DNA from: Acanthaster planci
Lineage: Eukaryota
Assembly: GCF_001949145.1 (NCBI RefSeq)
Contig: NW_019091356.1
Coordinates: 1,116,789-1,180,788, forward strand
DNA: 64,000 bases
Reading direction: 5' to 3'
Shown: one piece after another, positions 1 to 14,115 of the stretch
How the letters are laid out: the number at the start of each line of letters is the position of its first letter
Numbering within the stretch: position 1 is the stretch's first letter
Position numbers and translations under genes: made by a program
The notes under the pieces: model-generated
What the model was told of the DNA's origin: nothing
Database searches by the model: none
The model's input: the letters and a program-made list of their open reading frames with translations, nothing else

Positions 1-2648
1 GGTACTCTACGAGAGAGAGAATAAATATGTGCTTAAGCAGTCTTAAAAGGTGTCTTTTCTTTAAGACGGGCTTAGGAGAATGAACGCTGATAATGCCCCA
101 ACTGAAGGCAAGGGACATTACCAAAATCTGTTCCCCTGAGCTGGTCTTAACCACATATCATTTCCATTCAACTACATTCATAAGTCAAAATAAGTTTACA
201 AATTATGAATTTCCAACGCTGTTGTTTACTTGTTTGTTTTTTTAACTCACCTTTAGCCATGTTATGGTATGTCTCTCTCATGAGTTGTCACAAACAGTCT
301 CCTTATATGGAGATTGGGGCACATGTTGTATGTATTACATGAGATTGGCACACAGCCAGCCAATGCTTCATGAGCCCTGTAAGACCGGCTGTGTGATGGG
401 CTTGTGACCATTAGGAAAGGCTTAACTGTCTTGGGTATTTATGAATCAGATACATCATTTCAGCTTCATGAGTATCTCTTCATGCTGATTCCAGTAGATT
501 AATCCAGGCTGTTGAAAGTTCAACTATTGCAGATAGTGTTTATGAAGTCATTGAACAGCCAGAACTTTAGGATGTCTGTAACTCTGGGATGTTAGTTAAT
601 GACAAGCCATGTTTCACCAATATTAAGAGTTACACTTAATCATACATTTCCCTAGCATTTTCTGGAAAGACTAATTTACGGTCTTAGCATTTTCCGGACG
701 TTCGCATCGAATTTTAACTTGATTTCCGCATGTCAGGCCTTATTCACGCTGTTGATACATGACAACATGCATGTTTATCAACACAAACATTACTGAAGTT
801 TACAGCCTGGCTGATGGCTCTGTTTCGTCCATTTACAACAAGCAGAATTGCATGCAGTTTTGCCTCTTTATGGCGCAAAGTTGTTGTAAGAACTGTGTCT
901 GTTTCAATCACATAAACTGTTCCACGTAACAATTTTTCTGGAACTCTGTACTCTTCTCCAATGCATGAAAACTTGTTTACATCCCTAGTCAGTTAAATCA
1001 TAGTGCAAGCTTATCTGAACAACTCAGGGCGCTGTTGCTGTGATGTCATCTAGGGAAGATACATTTCAGTGCATAGGCTTTTCTGTTCAAACTGTGAGCC
1101 CAGAATTTAATTACTGAAGACATATCCGACAAAGGAATTGATGCTTGCTTGTTGCTATGCACGTAGACAACGAATCGGCAAGGAAGAGAAAATCTAGTCC
1201 AGCAAATGGACAAAAATGCAAAACTTTTTGTACACAAACCAATGTAACATTGAGGTTTCTTCCTGAGATGACATCACAGTTTTGCTCATGGAAATATCCA
1301 TGAAAATGAAAATCAAAAAGGCAGTAAAATACCCTTTCAAAAAGCGTGGAAAAAAAGTCAAAAAGAGGTTAGCCGAGACACAAAGGTGCATTTTGAAGTT
1401 TTATAACAATTACCCTTTAAGAGCTTGTCGTTATACGGTGTATTCTCAAAGATTTCAAATAAGTTTCTTGGACAATGCCAGGTATAAACCTTGTGCTAGG
1501 CTGACCACTTGATATCACCTCAAGGAATCTGATTTTATGCCTGCCATCAGGAGGATCATGACTTGAATGAATGGGGCTGCTGATGAACCATTGCCGGACC
1601 AAGACAGAATTTCTTGGTTGACCATGACTGGACTAGGTCTAGTCAGTTGTTCGGAACCAACTCGGACCTGATGTTATCACTTGTGTTCGGTGTTTCAAAT
1701 TGCATAATGCTTTATATAGCGGGGAGCCAGGAGAGTAAGGTTTTCTGATGACAAAACTGAAGCTTTGAGGTTTATGTATGCCCGTGGTACGGTAAATTTG
1801 CATCTTTCTGGATCTGCAGTTGGTTCATCTGTCTTGGTCATAATTGTCATAACTCACAACCCAATGTGACAAAAACAAAGAAGAAAGTCAGTAAAACCGT
1901 TCAAATTTGATTTAAACATCCATGGCTTTGTGTAATAGATGCCTGTGGTTATGTCACGTGTACAAGTGTGGTAATTAATTTATGCTTTGTTTCAACCTGT
2001 TGGAAAGCAGACCGTAACAGGTGGGTAGGATAAAGAGAAATCTTGCAGGGGACACGTAAGGGATAAATGTCAAGGTTGCTCCCTTCCATGTTTTGTCTGA
2101 CCATCATGTGATGGACATTGGTAGACAACTCTATTCTGTGAGGGCGCTCTATCACAGTAATTACCCTGCCGTAATGTTATAGTGGGTATTCAGACAGTCT
2201 TCTTAATGTTACTTGTAGTTCTCAGTGCCCAGAACCGGTGGCATTCAGAGCAAATAAGCTTCATATTGTCCCCCTTCTTCATCATCTACTCGTTAAAACA
2301 TCCTTTTTCTGTCTTTTCAAGAGTTCCCGGCAGATGACGTTCTGTAACAGGTGGTTGTGGTGCAAGCAAGAACTGACTTAGAGTGCGGGACATCAGATGA
2401 AGGAGTTGTTTAGCCAATTGCCTTCGGGGATTTGTTATCGCTAATTTCAGGCGACAGTCATGTCTGTCCTGCGGAACCTCACAAACAGCCTGCTTCAAAT
2501 TGTTGACATGTCGGCCCCAGTTAAACAGAACTTTAAAATTCTGCAAATAAGTCTTTGAGTCAGTGTAGGGCATAACAATGGAACCTGTACTAGTGTAGCA
2601 TGAGATGGACAAAGTACTGTTTTCTTTGAAGGGTTCTGTAAAGTTTGA

Positions 2649-2951
<303 letters not shown>

Positions 2952-5900
2952 AATGACGGTAACACCTCCATTAGTAATGTTGTCACAAGATCCAACACTT
3001 TTCAGGATATGCACATCTGACAAAGTCGTGGCACAGCTCGGGGTGCTGATTTTATGGAGAGGCATTCACTGTGACCGGTTCTAAAGTTTTTTTGGTGGTT
3101 TCAAATATCATTGACCTGAAAATTATTGACCTGAAACCACCACCAAAAAACAGAAATATCTACAATCAGCAACCCTCTTTCTGAATCAAGGGACTACACT
3201 TTCAATCCTGAGAAGTCGGGACATCTTACCAATGGACCACACCGTCGTTGTGTTTTGTGTATCTGTGTATAGTTTTACGAAAAATGTACATAGAAACTCA
3301 CTGATTAGTGATAGTGCGGGCCACACTAAAAGCCAACACCATTTTGATGTAAAAGTTTACAGTAGCCCAAAAAAAAAACAAACTGTGTTATAGTGTACAA
3401 AGTGCATGCTGAAATTAATAAAAGTCAAAACGGCTGTGGGGAAACAAGTCATAAATCCTGCTTGGTCTTATTTTTGTTTACATTTGAATGCAATCAAAAG
3501 TGTAAATACAAAATAGATTGAGAAAAAATAGAGAGCTATTTTGCTAAAACATTTTCCATTCATAAATAACTAATCTATGCTTTTGTGCAAAGTTAGATAT
3601 CGGTGTATGATGTGCAACACTGTTGATTGGTTCTTTAATTATCAAGTTTGACCAGGGCATTTCGAGCTTTGCTGCTTGAAAATTAAACAGCTTTGAAACT
3701 TTTTTTCAGAATCTGCACTAATGGATGCAAACCAAAAGCTGTGCTAACATGTACGTTTTGTTCCACCAGCACACAGATTTATTACAAAACATGTCTTGAC
3801 AATTAGTTGTGGACTTCATCTTTATTTATCTGTGTTTTTTTAATTGCTGCTATGTAATATTAAATACCTTAAGTCCTATGGAACAAAGTTGTGATTTCTT
3901 CTCCAGAACGCTGTCTGATTCCTGAAAGCTAAATTTTCTGTCCAAAGTGTCAAGGCACTTTCTAATGTTCTACTAATGCAACACAAACTTGGTAGAACTC
4001 ACCCAGAAATGAATTGACTGATGTATTTTATCTTGCCCAAACTTGAAGGAGAGGGTCCATTCCATAGGTTTTTTCAATTAAAAAAATGTTCCTTTCAACA
4101 TGTTTTACATGATGATTTGATTATATCATTATAGTTGCTTTTGTAACCTTTGATACCTGCTTTTTGGTAGTTGTTAATCTTGCCATTTATAATTCAATTT
4201 AATTGTATGAGGCCAACTTTACTACTTCCGTACTTGAACATGTAGATTTGGTTTTACACAGGATTTCTTCTGAGCAGAAGTAATTTAAAAAGGTAAATCA
4301 AAATGTAACTTTTGCAAGCTCTTAGGTGAGAAATGGTTGATCACTTGTTAATGTCATAAGCCTTGCAAGTTTAAAGCTGAAAGCTTGATTATAAATGTTT
4401 ATGCGGCAACACGCTGTCCATATTTATCTGTTCAACCAGTCTTTTGTGTACATGGTGTTCTCAGTTGCAAGTTTGCCCACGAGTTTATTGCCCCATTGGT
4501 TTTTTGTTTTTAGGCTCCGTGCACAACTTGATATACTCAAGAGGGTACTCTACAGCCTAGCTACCAGTATGGAGGCAGGAACCAGTCTAACAGGGGCCAT
4601 GTTTTCTTTTTTTCTTGACCCTCAACCAGAAACATGTTTATGGTGTCAAAGCAATAACCAGGAACAAGTTTTAGGTGGCGCACAAAACTGGTGTCATCTG
4701 ACAGGGACAAAACACACATACTGTACAAGGAAGCATACTGTGTGTAATGTTGATGAATGTAAAGATTCTTACCAGGGCTGCTTGCTCCTTTCTAGAAGGT
4801 CTTGAAGAAAATACGTCTTGGTTTTTACAGCACGTAACAACAAACGTTGGAGTGTAGAATTCACTTATATGAGAAACAGCAAAAAATTGTCCGCTTATTT
4901 TAGCCATTTTCAACCAGCGCTGAACCTGGTTACAACTTTCATTTCTCGTTAGGCTGGAGCAGTGATGTTTCACAGGCATGGAACAGTGATGTCTCACGGG
5001 CATAAAACAGTTGTGACTGCCCTCAACTAATGACGGAAGCCTTATCATGCGCATGGTTCCAGTTACCAAGCCACTTCCCTGAGCATCCTCTAGCCTCATT
5101 TGTATGAGGACATTAGTTAATTCAGCAATTCACTCACCCATCACAAGCCAGAGAAATTCCTGTAGACGCACTGCCGTTTTTTTTTTTAATGCCAAGGCAG
5201 GCCTTGTGCTTAAAGCCTGCATATCTCTGTCACCAACTTTGGATATATCCATGTATTCTTTCAATTTGTATTCACTTAAACCAGGAGTCACACTTACCCC
5301 AACATGGCTGGCAATTTTTTTTTCAGTTGTATATTGTTAGATTTCTCCGTGGTGTTGCCAGCTAGATTTTCATCAGGAATGCACGCACACAACATGTACA
5401 TGTATGATGTCGGGTTTGGTTTAATGTACAGCCGTGCAGGCAAGTGCATAGAGTCAATTTGGCTACCCCGTAAAGTGCAGTCTGAGGAGGGAATATCATG
5501 GTACGCATGAAACATCCCATGATGCCTTGAGGCAAGGTACACAATTTTCAGCCTTTGTTAAATCACCAGAGAGGCAAGTTGGGCAGACTCTTTGGGGTTA
5601 GAAGGCTTCTCTACATAGCCTTACCACTGAATCTGTCGTCGTTACAGTGTGTCAAATATTTTCTTATTTTGTGTCACATGGCATTTTTCCCTTGTTTCTG
5701 AGGTTGATACAGGTTCCAAGTTGCTAATTGGTTCTTTGATGCCAAGTTGTCATTTCTAGCCATAATCAGTTATGTTAACACTTTGTTTATAAACTTTTAA
5801 TAATGTAAAAATTTTACTTGAAAGTAATGCTTGAACTGCCAAGGAGAGTCTTGAAGGAGGGCAGAAATAAACCAGTGACTGAAAGTAATCAGTTAATTGC

Positions 5901-7609
5901 TGAAGAGCCCAAGAGGAATAATGGATATGGGTCATTTAGTAAATTTAGGGTCCAAAGCTGTGATATTTTTGGGTCCATTATACTCAACCTGTGGAAATTG
6001 ACGTGGAAGTTTCATTAAGATTGACCTGAAGGTGCATTTACTTCTTTGGCAGGTATGTGTTTTGCTTTTTTTAATCACTCTTTAAATTTAAAGACCGAGT
6101 TCCAACCTTGCAAAGGTCTTTGTCAGATGTGAGAGGGATATGGAAAACTTTGGACTCCAAATTTAGAGAATGACCCATATCAAGTTCTTCTATACTTCCA
6201 GTGCATTGCAGCTTCTGTATTTAAAAAGAGATGTCTACCTATATTTAAATTCTATCTGATTGTAATATCCACCGTACCAAAAACACTACACGAAACATAT
6301 TGATATTTTGGGAATTCTACAATGTTGATTTTTTTATTTAATGTGGTGTTTTTTTTCTGTGCAGAGTTTTGATGTGGAAAATGTGTATGCTTTTAAAAAT
6401 TTATTGAGCAGCGGGCTCCGTGCTTATGCCGTAGATTACTGTATGAAGGCTTTTCATTGGTCAGTGAGACATGGCAGGCATTTGCACACGAATGGGCAGT
6501 CACAAAGTGGTTTGGACTTAGAGGATCATCGTCATGTGACCAGTTTTCAACAGAACGTGCACAAAATGAGGCATCTTAGTTGAGTATGGTTGCAGAGCAC
6601 CGAGTCCATTGCTACACATGCCTTGGTTTCATAAAATGCGTGCTGAGAGTTTTTGAAAGGGAACAAAAGAAAGAAAAGCTACATGTCAGTGAACAAATTG
6701 ATACTGTACAGATCATGCTGTGAGGAACCCGAGTTTTACCTCTGTTAGGAATCAGAACTTATAAATTTTGAAACGTTTTTGGAGAAACAGTCAAAAGTGA
6801 TGATGAATCTACATGTACATGTACCTGTTATCAAACTAAATGTCCTTAAACTAAAACAGGGAATTTCACTTTTCAAAAACATACTGCACCATTCTAAACT
6901 CTGAGCATTTTTATTTTGTATTAGAAATAGGCAGCCAAACAGCTATCTTTTGTATTAACCTGTCAACACACAAACTGCAGTTAATAAACTGCATGCATTT
7001 TACCTTTTGTGGTAATATGTATGCTTTTCAAAGTCAAGCTGTTGTTATAGTGGACATTTGTTTTTGTCAAAAAATGTGGAGTATATGGATGAAGTAAGCC
7101 TAGTTGAAGTATGGGCAAATTTGGTATCGCTACTCTGAGAACCTCCTGGCTGTTTCATACCAGTGATAGAGGCTTTGCGTGGTAGCCATCTTGCAGGGAA
7201 GTTCTTTTGTTCCAAAGGGAAACCTTTGTGCATTCCCTGAGGTACAAAAGCACTGGTCTGCAAAATGGCTGCCATGCAAACCTTCTATGTAGGTATCATT
7301 TTCAGATGGACGAACCTTACTGAAGAACTCATTGGTGATGACTGGCACTGTGGCAGGTGCCACGTTACATTTCCAATTTCTGTGCTTGATTTTGATCAAA
7401 TCATTACCAAAAAATTTCTAAAATTACCCTCTCAAAAAAGCCAAATAAAAATTATCAACCCAATGATTTTTTAAATATTGATAGACTTCAAATGCAATAA
7501 TAGGGGCCTACTTTCAAAATCTAACCAATCTCCCCCCCAAAAAAACATTCACCCTACCAGCTGTAAGAAGTTTTTGAAACTAAATTGACAAGACTGACAT
7601 CCAGGAATT

Positions 7610-7836
7610 ACTGCTTGTAAACAAAGTACTCAAAAGAATGGAACAAGAGATCAGAATTGTTTTGTCATGGTCTATATGGGCTACCGTTAGAACAAGATGC
7701 ATTACAGTTGTGTGAAAATCATTCAGGTGTTGTCACATAACTTAAATGCCTCTTGTTCTAACGGTAGCCCATATGGACCATGACAAAAACCTTCTGTTCT
7801 CTGGTTCCTTTCTTTTGAGTAGTGTATTTTAAGAAG
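7610..7836. repeat. Long imperfect palindrome (MITE-like hairpin, ~100 bp arms, very short spacer)
   Basis: tactcaaaagaa...ttttgtcatggtctatatgggctaccgttagaacaagatgcatt is mirrored by aatgcctcttgttctaacggtagcccatatggaccatgacaaaa...ttcttttgagta. Confidence 0.85.
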
Positions 7837-8270
7837 TAGAGAACTGAAGGAACAAGCTAATTAACTTCTTTATAATGAAATGGAAACTTTAATGGCAATG
7901 TACTTCACAGATAATGCAATTTAAATTAAAAGACCTTAAAAGTAAAACCTATGAAAGACCAACATAGCCCAAGTGAAAGGCTCTGTTCCGATATCAAAGG
8001 CCAACTATTTCATGCAAGTTAAAAACAAAAATAAAACTTTCATGGGGAGCTTAATAAATTACTTAGGTTTGAACATTCAAAATGAACTCTCGGTCCTTCA
8101 AGAACGAATTCTTCACTGCACACACATACACAAAATAATGTTCTCCAAACTCAAAGGATACTTAAGACAATCTCTACAACCCAGACCACTGCAAATAAAA
8201 TAATTCCAAAAAAGAAGGGAGAAATATTTGGTGTGCATTGGTGGGTCATCTGATTAGTCTGGTTGCCTCA

Positions 8271-9656
8271 TCACCAGTAGCTCAGGAACGTTATAGTACC
8301 AGGTGATTCCGGAGAGGCAGTAACCAGACGAGTATCATTCATCCACATGGTGTGCACCAGACTAGGGTTCCGATGAACCACATTCAGCAGGTCCCCGTTC
8401 TGGGCATCCCAGACGACGATCTTTTTCCGATCACCCCCTGACACCAACCTGTTGCCACGGAGACACATGCAACGCACAACTCCAATGTGCTCACACATGA
8501 CCCTCAGAAGTTCGCCCATGTGGGTCCACAGTCGTATCGTGCTGTCTGCTGACCCAGACGCAATGACGTTCTCATTGAAACACAGGCAGTAAACGTCCCC
8601 GTCATGGCCCTCCAATGTCCTCAGACATTCCCCGGATTGTGTGCTCCAAACCTTCACCAGGCCGTCCCCGCTACCGCTCACCACAATTCTCTGGTCAAAC
8701 TGACAGCAGAAGACAACCTCGGTGTGCCCCTGCAAGGTATGTAGGCATTCCCCCGTGTGACTGATGTCCCACAACCTCAAGGTCGTATCCCAGGACGTGC
8801 TCACAACCAGGTTACCATGGCAGCTCAGAGCCTCAATGTCGTCACTGTGTCCTCGGAGTATCTGGGTACAGATTCCTTGAGATAGGGACCACACCCTTAT
8901 GGATCGGTCATCAGATGCACTGACGACAGTCTCTCCTTCAACACATAGACACTGCACTCCTCGTTCATGGCCACTGAATACCATTTGACACAGCCCACTC
9001 TTTACATCGTAGACGCGGACAAACCCATCCGAGCAACCAGTCATAACAATGCCGGTTTTCAGTCTCAAGCAGGTTACTGAGTCTGTGTGCCCTTCCAGCA
9101 CGCGAGTACACTCGCCGCTTACAAGGTCCCACACACGAACCGTCTTATCCACGCTTCCACTGACCAGCACGGTTCCGTCGCAATCCAAGCACGTCACTTT
9201 CTCCCGGTGTCCCCGCATCACTGGTGCTACCCGGTAACGCCCTCGACACCAGTTGCGCTCCAGGTGCCACGCCCTCATGTACACCTGCTTCCATTTGCAG
9301 GTTGGTGACAGGACTTGGTGCCCGGTCAAGATGTTGTCAAAGTGGAATGTTGGGGTGGTGTGGGAGATGTCTGTGAATGATGGACTGAGGGGCACTTCTC
9401 GGCTCAGGTTGGTGACAGTGCCATAACGCTGCCATCCTCTCTCTTTACAGAGCCCAGACCAAAGCGCATCACTGTTTGCCCTCTCTCTCCATGCCCGTGA
9501 GCACAAGGCAGCCCGGCACAGGTCCTTGGCAGACAGAAAACCAAATATTCTTTCTGTCAGTTCTTCTGGAAGCAGAGCTGGGATTTCCAGCGTCAGGAAT
9601 GCCTTCACGTCATCAATCAACGACGCCAACAATACTTTCTCTTCATTCTCGCCCAT
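8271..9656 (-). CDS. F-box/WD40-repeat protein (SCF substrate adaptor; FBXW7/beta-TrCP-like architecture), CDS in a single exon
   Basis: The 463-aa ORF in the track starts at a TTG; the first ATG is at 9656, with an in-frame stop at 9671-9669 upstream. F-box LLPEELTERIFGFLSAKDLCRAALCSRAWRERANSDALW is followed by about 7-8 GH...WD/WS/WT repeats. Acceptor ttttgaatttcAG at 9733-9731. Confidence 0.93.
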   Translation of the reverse strand: MGENEEKVLLASLIDDVKAFLTLEIPALLPEELTERIFGFLSAKDLCRAALCSRAWRERANSDALWSGLCKERGWQRYGTVTNLSREVPLSPSFTDISHTTPTFHFDNILTGHQVLSPTCKWKQVYMRAWHLERNWCRGRYRVAPVMRGHREKVTCLDCDGTVLVSGSVDKTVRVWDLVSGECTRVLEGHTDSVTCLRLKTGIVMTGCSDGFVRVYDVKSGLCQMVFSGHERGVQCLCVEGETVVSASDDRSIRVWSLSQGICTQILRGHSDDIEALSCHGNLVVSTSWDTTLRLWDISHTGECLHTLQGHTEVVFCCQFDQRIVVSGSGDGLVKVWSTQSGECLRTLEGHDGDVYCLCFNENVIASGSADSTIRLWTHMGELLRVMCEHIGVVRCMCLRGNRLVSGGDRKKIVVWDAQNGDLLNVVHRNPSLVHTMWMNDTRLVTASPESPGTITFLSYW

Positions 9657-11159
9657 CGTCAAGTTCTGTTACATGGCAGTGATGTTGCCTGCTTGACATC
9701 TTTTCGCACAGTCCCCAAGGTCTAGCTGCCCTGAAATTCAAAATTAAAATATCAAGTGATTTACAGTCAGAGTTAAGGTTTCCCAGAATCCTTGATTCGG
9801 CACAAGTTCTAAGGCCAGAGAGTGTACTAAGTGATTAACAAATCCGAATGTGAGGTTTCAACTTGTGCGGTGATTGACACATACTATTACGAAGACACAA
9901 GCCGACCCATAGTAGAGTCCCCTGACATATGGCGCACTTCAACTTTCACTTGACTTTGCTTCTACAGTTTGCCGAACCTCTTTTTGAAAAACTTCAAAAA
10001 CTTCATAGTATATGAACAATTTCAGTATCATGAAATTTCACAGGAAATTCAAAAATGGCAGTGTCCAGAAATTGGGCAAGAATTCAGCTGAAAGTTCTCT
10101 AATGTAGTGCACTTGAAAAAGTCTCAGAAAATCCCACATTTGTAAACATTTAACAAGTTTTTTAAAGTTGATATATTTTGAAAAATGTTTGTCACTGATT
10201 ACTGTCTCTACTTCTAACCATAAATTTGTTAGAAAGTGCTCTTGTAAGTATTTTGGAAGCATTTTAAAGGGCTCATTTTGCACTTTGCTTAAGAAAAAAA
10301 ATCAGAAAATCAGGCAAAAATAAAAATGCATCAGAACTTTGAAGCTGGTGATTAAAACAGAGATTTTTCAATTGAATTAGGAGTTAATGAATTTCACCCA
10401 TCATGAAATCTGGTAAGGCACATGAGGCCAAAAATCAAAGAGTGCCACGTTAGGGGCCATGCCACGTTACCTATACATCAACAACATAGGGCTCTGCATG
10501 TACATAAGGAACGTACGGGCATGACACAGGTAGGCCTACTGTTGGTTGATGACTTGATGTGTACGTTATTTTTTTAACACAACAGCAAGGAACATGATCA
10601 AGGAGACAACTTGTCTTTCATTTCATTTATCATTTTGTAAGAAAAAATTTACAATGGATAAAACAAAATAAATAAAAATACTATGTACAATATAGAAAAA
10701 AAGACATAGTTTAAATATAGGGTCAAACCTTATAAAAAGACTAAATCCTAGCTCCAAAATGGTTGCATGCCCCTGTGGGTTTACTATAAAGTGAACTAAA
10801 TCACTGTCAAGTAGTTTTCCCATGGCATGACTAAGAACTCTTATTTGCAAAATCAAAAACATTATAGCAGAGTCACACTAAAACACATAATCCCATGGGC
10901 GAAAAGAATAACCCTACAAAAATTGTACAAAATCCTGGAAGTTATGTAATAATTTTATGTACTGCACCATCTTAACAAGAAAAGCAAGGAAAACACCCCC
11001 AAGATAACTAAAAATCTAAAAACAAAACCCCCTCAAAACAAACTCCAAAGAGACGATCAACAGAAACAAATGACCCCACAGACAGAAAAACACAGCATCC
11101 GAAACATACCAGTAGCTAAAACAAAACAAAAAAAAACCAAAAAAAAGCAAGACAAAGGG

Positions 11160-11330
11160 GATCAGTAAGATGTTTAGCAACAATTTTTCGAGACATTTTA
11201 CTAACTACGGAACAAAGGGAGACTGGTCTATAATTAGACGGATTGTGAGGAGTCCCAGTCTTATGAATAGGAACAACATTGGCGAATTTCCATTCTTCTT
11301 TCAAGATGCAAAGAACATATTTTCCCAACG
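11160..11330 (-). mobile_element. Degenerate non-LTR retrotransposon (LINE) ORF2 fragment, N-terminal to the RT core
   Basis: Translation EEWKFANVVPIHKTGTPHNPSNYRPVSLCSVVSKM matches the WK.A.V.PI.K.G...NYRPISL...SK motif typical of CR1/L2/Jockey-group RTs. Confidence 0.85.
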
Positions 11331-12149
11331 ACTGCATTTTAATGCAGAAAAAGTTGATAGTTTGTAAACTTTGCATTCATTACCTGCAGGAAAGATCCGT
11401 GTCTGCAGAACTTTTTGCAGAAACCTTTGCTTTAGTGCCGGTCGCGATGTGCATGTACAGTACGTTAGGCGCTTGCTATACTTTTCACTTAGTTTCATAA
11501 TAAGCGCCCTCTCGAGAGGAAGGCTCGAACACAGATAAGCCGTTACGGTGTCCGAAACGGGCTTCCAGAGCTACGGCTAGGTCTATTGTCTGCGCGTCTC
11601 CACACATTTCCAATGGAGTAAAGACGTAGACCTTGCTCTAGACAAGAGATTCATATGCGGCCGTAATATAAACCATTGATCAATGTATAAACGCATAGCT
11701 ATAGACCGCCACATCCTATTCAAAACTACAGAGGCTTTTCGTGATCCGCGTGACGGCCGACTAAAATCAAAACTATGGGCAATTTCACCCCCTTGGTAGA
11801 GCGAATTTACGCCCAGTTGAAGAATTACTGCCATGAAATTCTAGGAAGCCATTTTGGATTGTGGAAAAAATCCTGTCTATTTACTTAATCAGCTGGCCCA
11901 TCACGATTCAAAACTATGCGGTGGAAACATTTGAAAGAGGAGATAGCAGTTTGTGTCCTTTCTTCATGCAGTACCGAAGAGCAAAAAACCGGGGGAGCAC
12001 ATATAAACAAATACAGGCAAAGTAAGTGCGTAACTGCGAGTAATGCGCACCGAACGCGCTGCCATCCATCCGTTTCGCCCACTTTTCAAAATCACGGTTG
12101 TACGCGCAAGACCGGCGGTCTAGTCTATATGTTTATATGTCTGTGGGCG

Positions 12150-13115
12150 CCGGGGTGCGAAATTTTTTTCCTAGGATAGTTGGTACACTGTATGCAAATT
12201 ATGCATTTATATATCGACCAATCCCAAGGTGTCTTTGGTTGTGGCAGGGACTCGAACTCATTATTATGCACACATAGGTAGCATTGTGGTTGTCAGCTTT
12301 GGTTGTCAGTGTGACGGCAGAGCTGTGAGTGAATTTAAATCACTAAGGGTTTGCCTTTTTGCTGTTGGGTCACGGTCTTGTATTCAAGTTACATACAACT
12401 GGAGTGTTATTTTCGTGCACTGCAGACTTTTGGGATTGCATTCGCCCTCTCAACCATAATTGATGTGTATCTCTCACGTGTACGCACTAACGTTAGTCAC
12501 GCGGCCTGCGTGCACATGTATTGTAATAGTGTTTACATCTTTCTTTGATATCACCCAGATAAAGAAATCTTGGTTAAAATGTACATCCGCTATTTAGTCG
12601 AAAAATTGACCAGAGAAAAAAAAGGTATTAGTTTTTGGTAAAGTACTGTAATTCTATTTGTTAAAAGTGACTCAGTCAACCCCAATGTCTTATTAAAACA
12701 TGTGAGCAGAAACTAATAAAACGTTTTACACATGAATATGAAATGCTTCAATTGAGTTAATTTTATTCTTCACTAAGACATGATTACATAAACAGTAATT
12801 TGCTGACAAGCACCATTCCCAAATATGCAGAAACTCTACCGATCTTAGCCAGTGATTGCATCGACAAGTGCTGATTGTATAAAAATAAAAGTAAATTAAA
12901 ATGTTAACGCGACGTGACTCAAGATCCGCGTACATGTACATGTGTGGACATGTACATGTGTGGACATGTACATGTACCTTGCATGTACTGTGTATGCATG
13001 CGTAATGAGTTCAAGACAAATCCCTGCCACAACCAAAGACGCCTTGTGATTGGTCAATAAACGCATAATTTGCATACAGTGTACCAACTATCCTAGGAAA
13101 AAAATTCGTCGCCGG
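12150..13115. mobile_element. Non-autonomous DNA transposon/MITE-like element with ~110-120 bp imperfect terminal inverted repeats
   Basis: 12160-12275 (tttttttcctaggatagttggtacactgtatgcaaattatgc...gtctttggttgtggcaggga...gaactcatta) is the reverse complement of 12990-13108. No transposase ORF inside. Confidence 0.75.
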
Positions 13116-13929
13116 CAGCGTCGAAGGTTCGATCAGCTCTGTGTCGAAGTACTCCCTCAACGGTATAGAAGGGAGAGGCTGGTGGGGCCGTGTGCACACC
13201 TTTTTTTAATTAAAAGCAGCTACCACTCTCTTTTCTCCTTTCAACATTAATGGGGTTGAGTTGCATTTTTGGGTGCAAACAAAGAGTGAATCAAATTTTT
13301 GCAATTTCTGGGAAGTGATAAATCCCATGATTGATCCCTTTAGATCAAGGCGCAAAACATGGATGGTTACTGTGACCGTGTGCGCGTCATGTGAACGTAG
13401 CCAAGGCTAATGGCTTACTTGGTGCAACCTCGACTCCATGGGCTGCCTGCGCGTTCCTTCACTAGATAGCACAATCATTGTGGGAACCAAATGGCTCGGT
13501 ACGGTTCTCATGCGAGATTGGCCAATCACGCTAACGCACAGAGTATGTTCCAACTGGAACTGCGCCAGGCAAGATTTGAAATAAACATTTCATATCGCTC
13601 AACCGAATTGATTGATTCCTAAAAGAAAAGGAGAACGTCATACTAAAAACTCAGGACGCTGCATGCGTCGAGCTAAGCTTGAACGACGTGACTCTCTAAA
13701 TGTTAAAACGGAAACGTATAAATTTGTACCAGCATAAATAGAGAGAAAACCGGCAACGGCACTTGCAGAAGAATCTTGAGTACCACGAGGCCAACACTTA
13801 GTCGCGCCCACTGTGGCTAGCCTTGGTAACCTTAATACTCTTCGATTACTCCTTGCCAGTATTCGGTGTCGAAAGCGATACCAACAAACGGCCAACGCTG
13901 CTTGAAAACCATCAAAGGTTATAACTTAC

Positions 13930-14030
13930 CTCTCGCGGGCTGATGGTTTCACCACAGATGTGATATATCGCGCTGTAAATCACATTGGCTGCGATCGGAA
14001 ATCTCAGTTTCCACTCCGACACGTACAGAA
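13930..14030 (-). other. Putative non-coding first exon of the F-box/WD40 gene (5' end approximate)
   Basis: Strong donor GAG|GTAAGT at 13930/13929 on the minus strand in a CpG-richer region next to a gap. It pairs plausibly with the acceptor at 9731. Confidence 0.45.
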
Positions 14031-14115
14031 TAATTTACTCTTACTGCGTTTGATATCACTTACGGGGTTACTTACTTTTTGAGGAAAGGAAAAAGTCGAA
14101 AAAATATGGTTAATT

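Noticed and set aside
4395..7474. Several 60-140 aa ORFs downstream of the Smad stop codon
   Set aside because: No recognisable domains or splice context; consistent with AT-rich 3' UTR or intergenic sequence.
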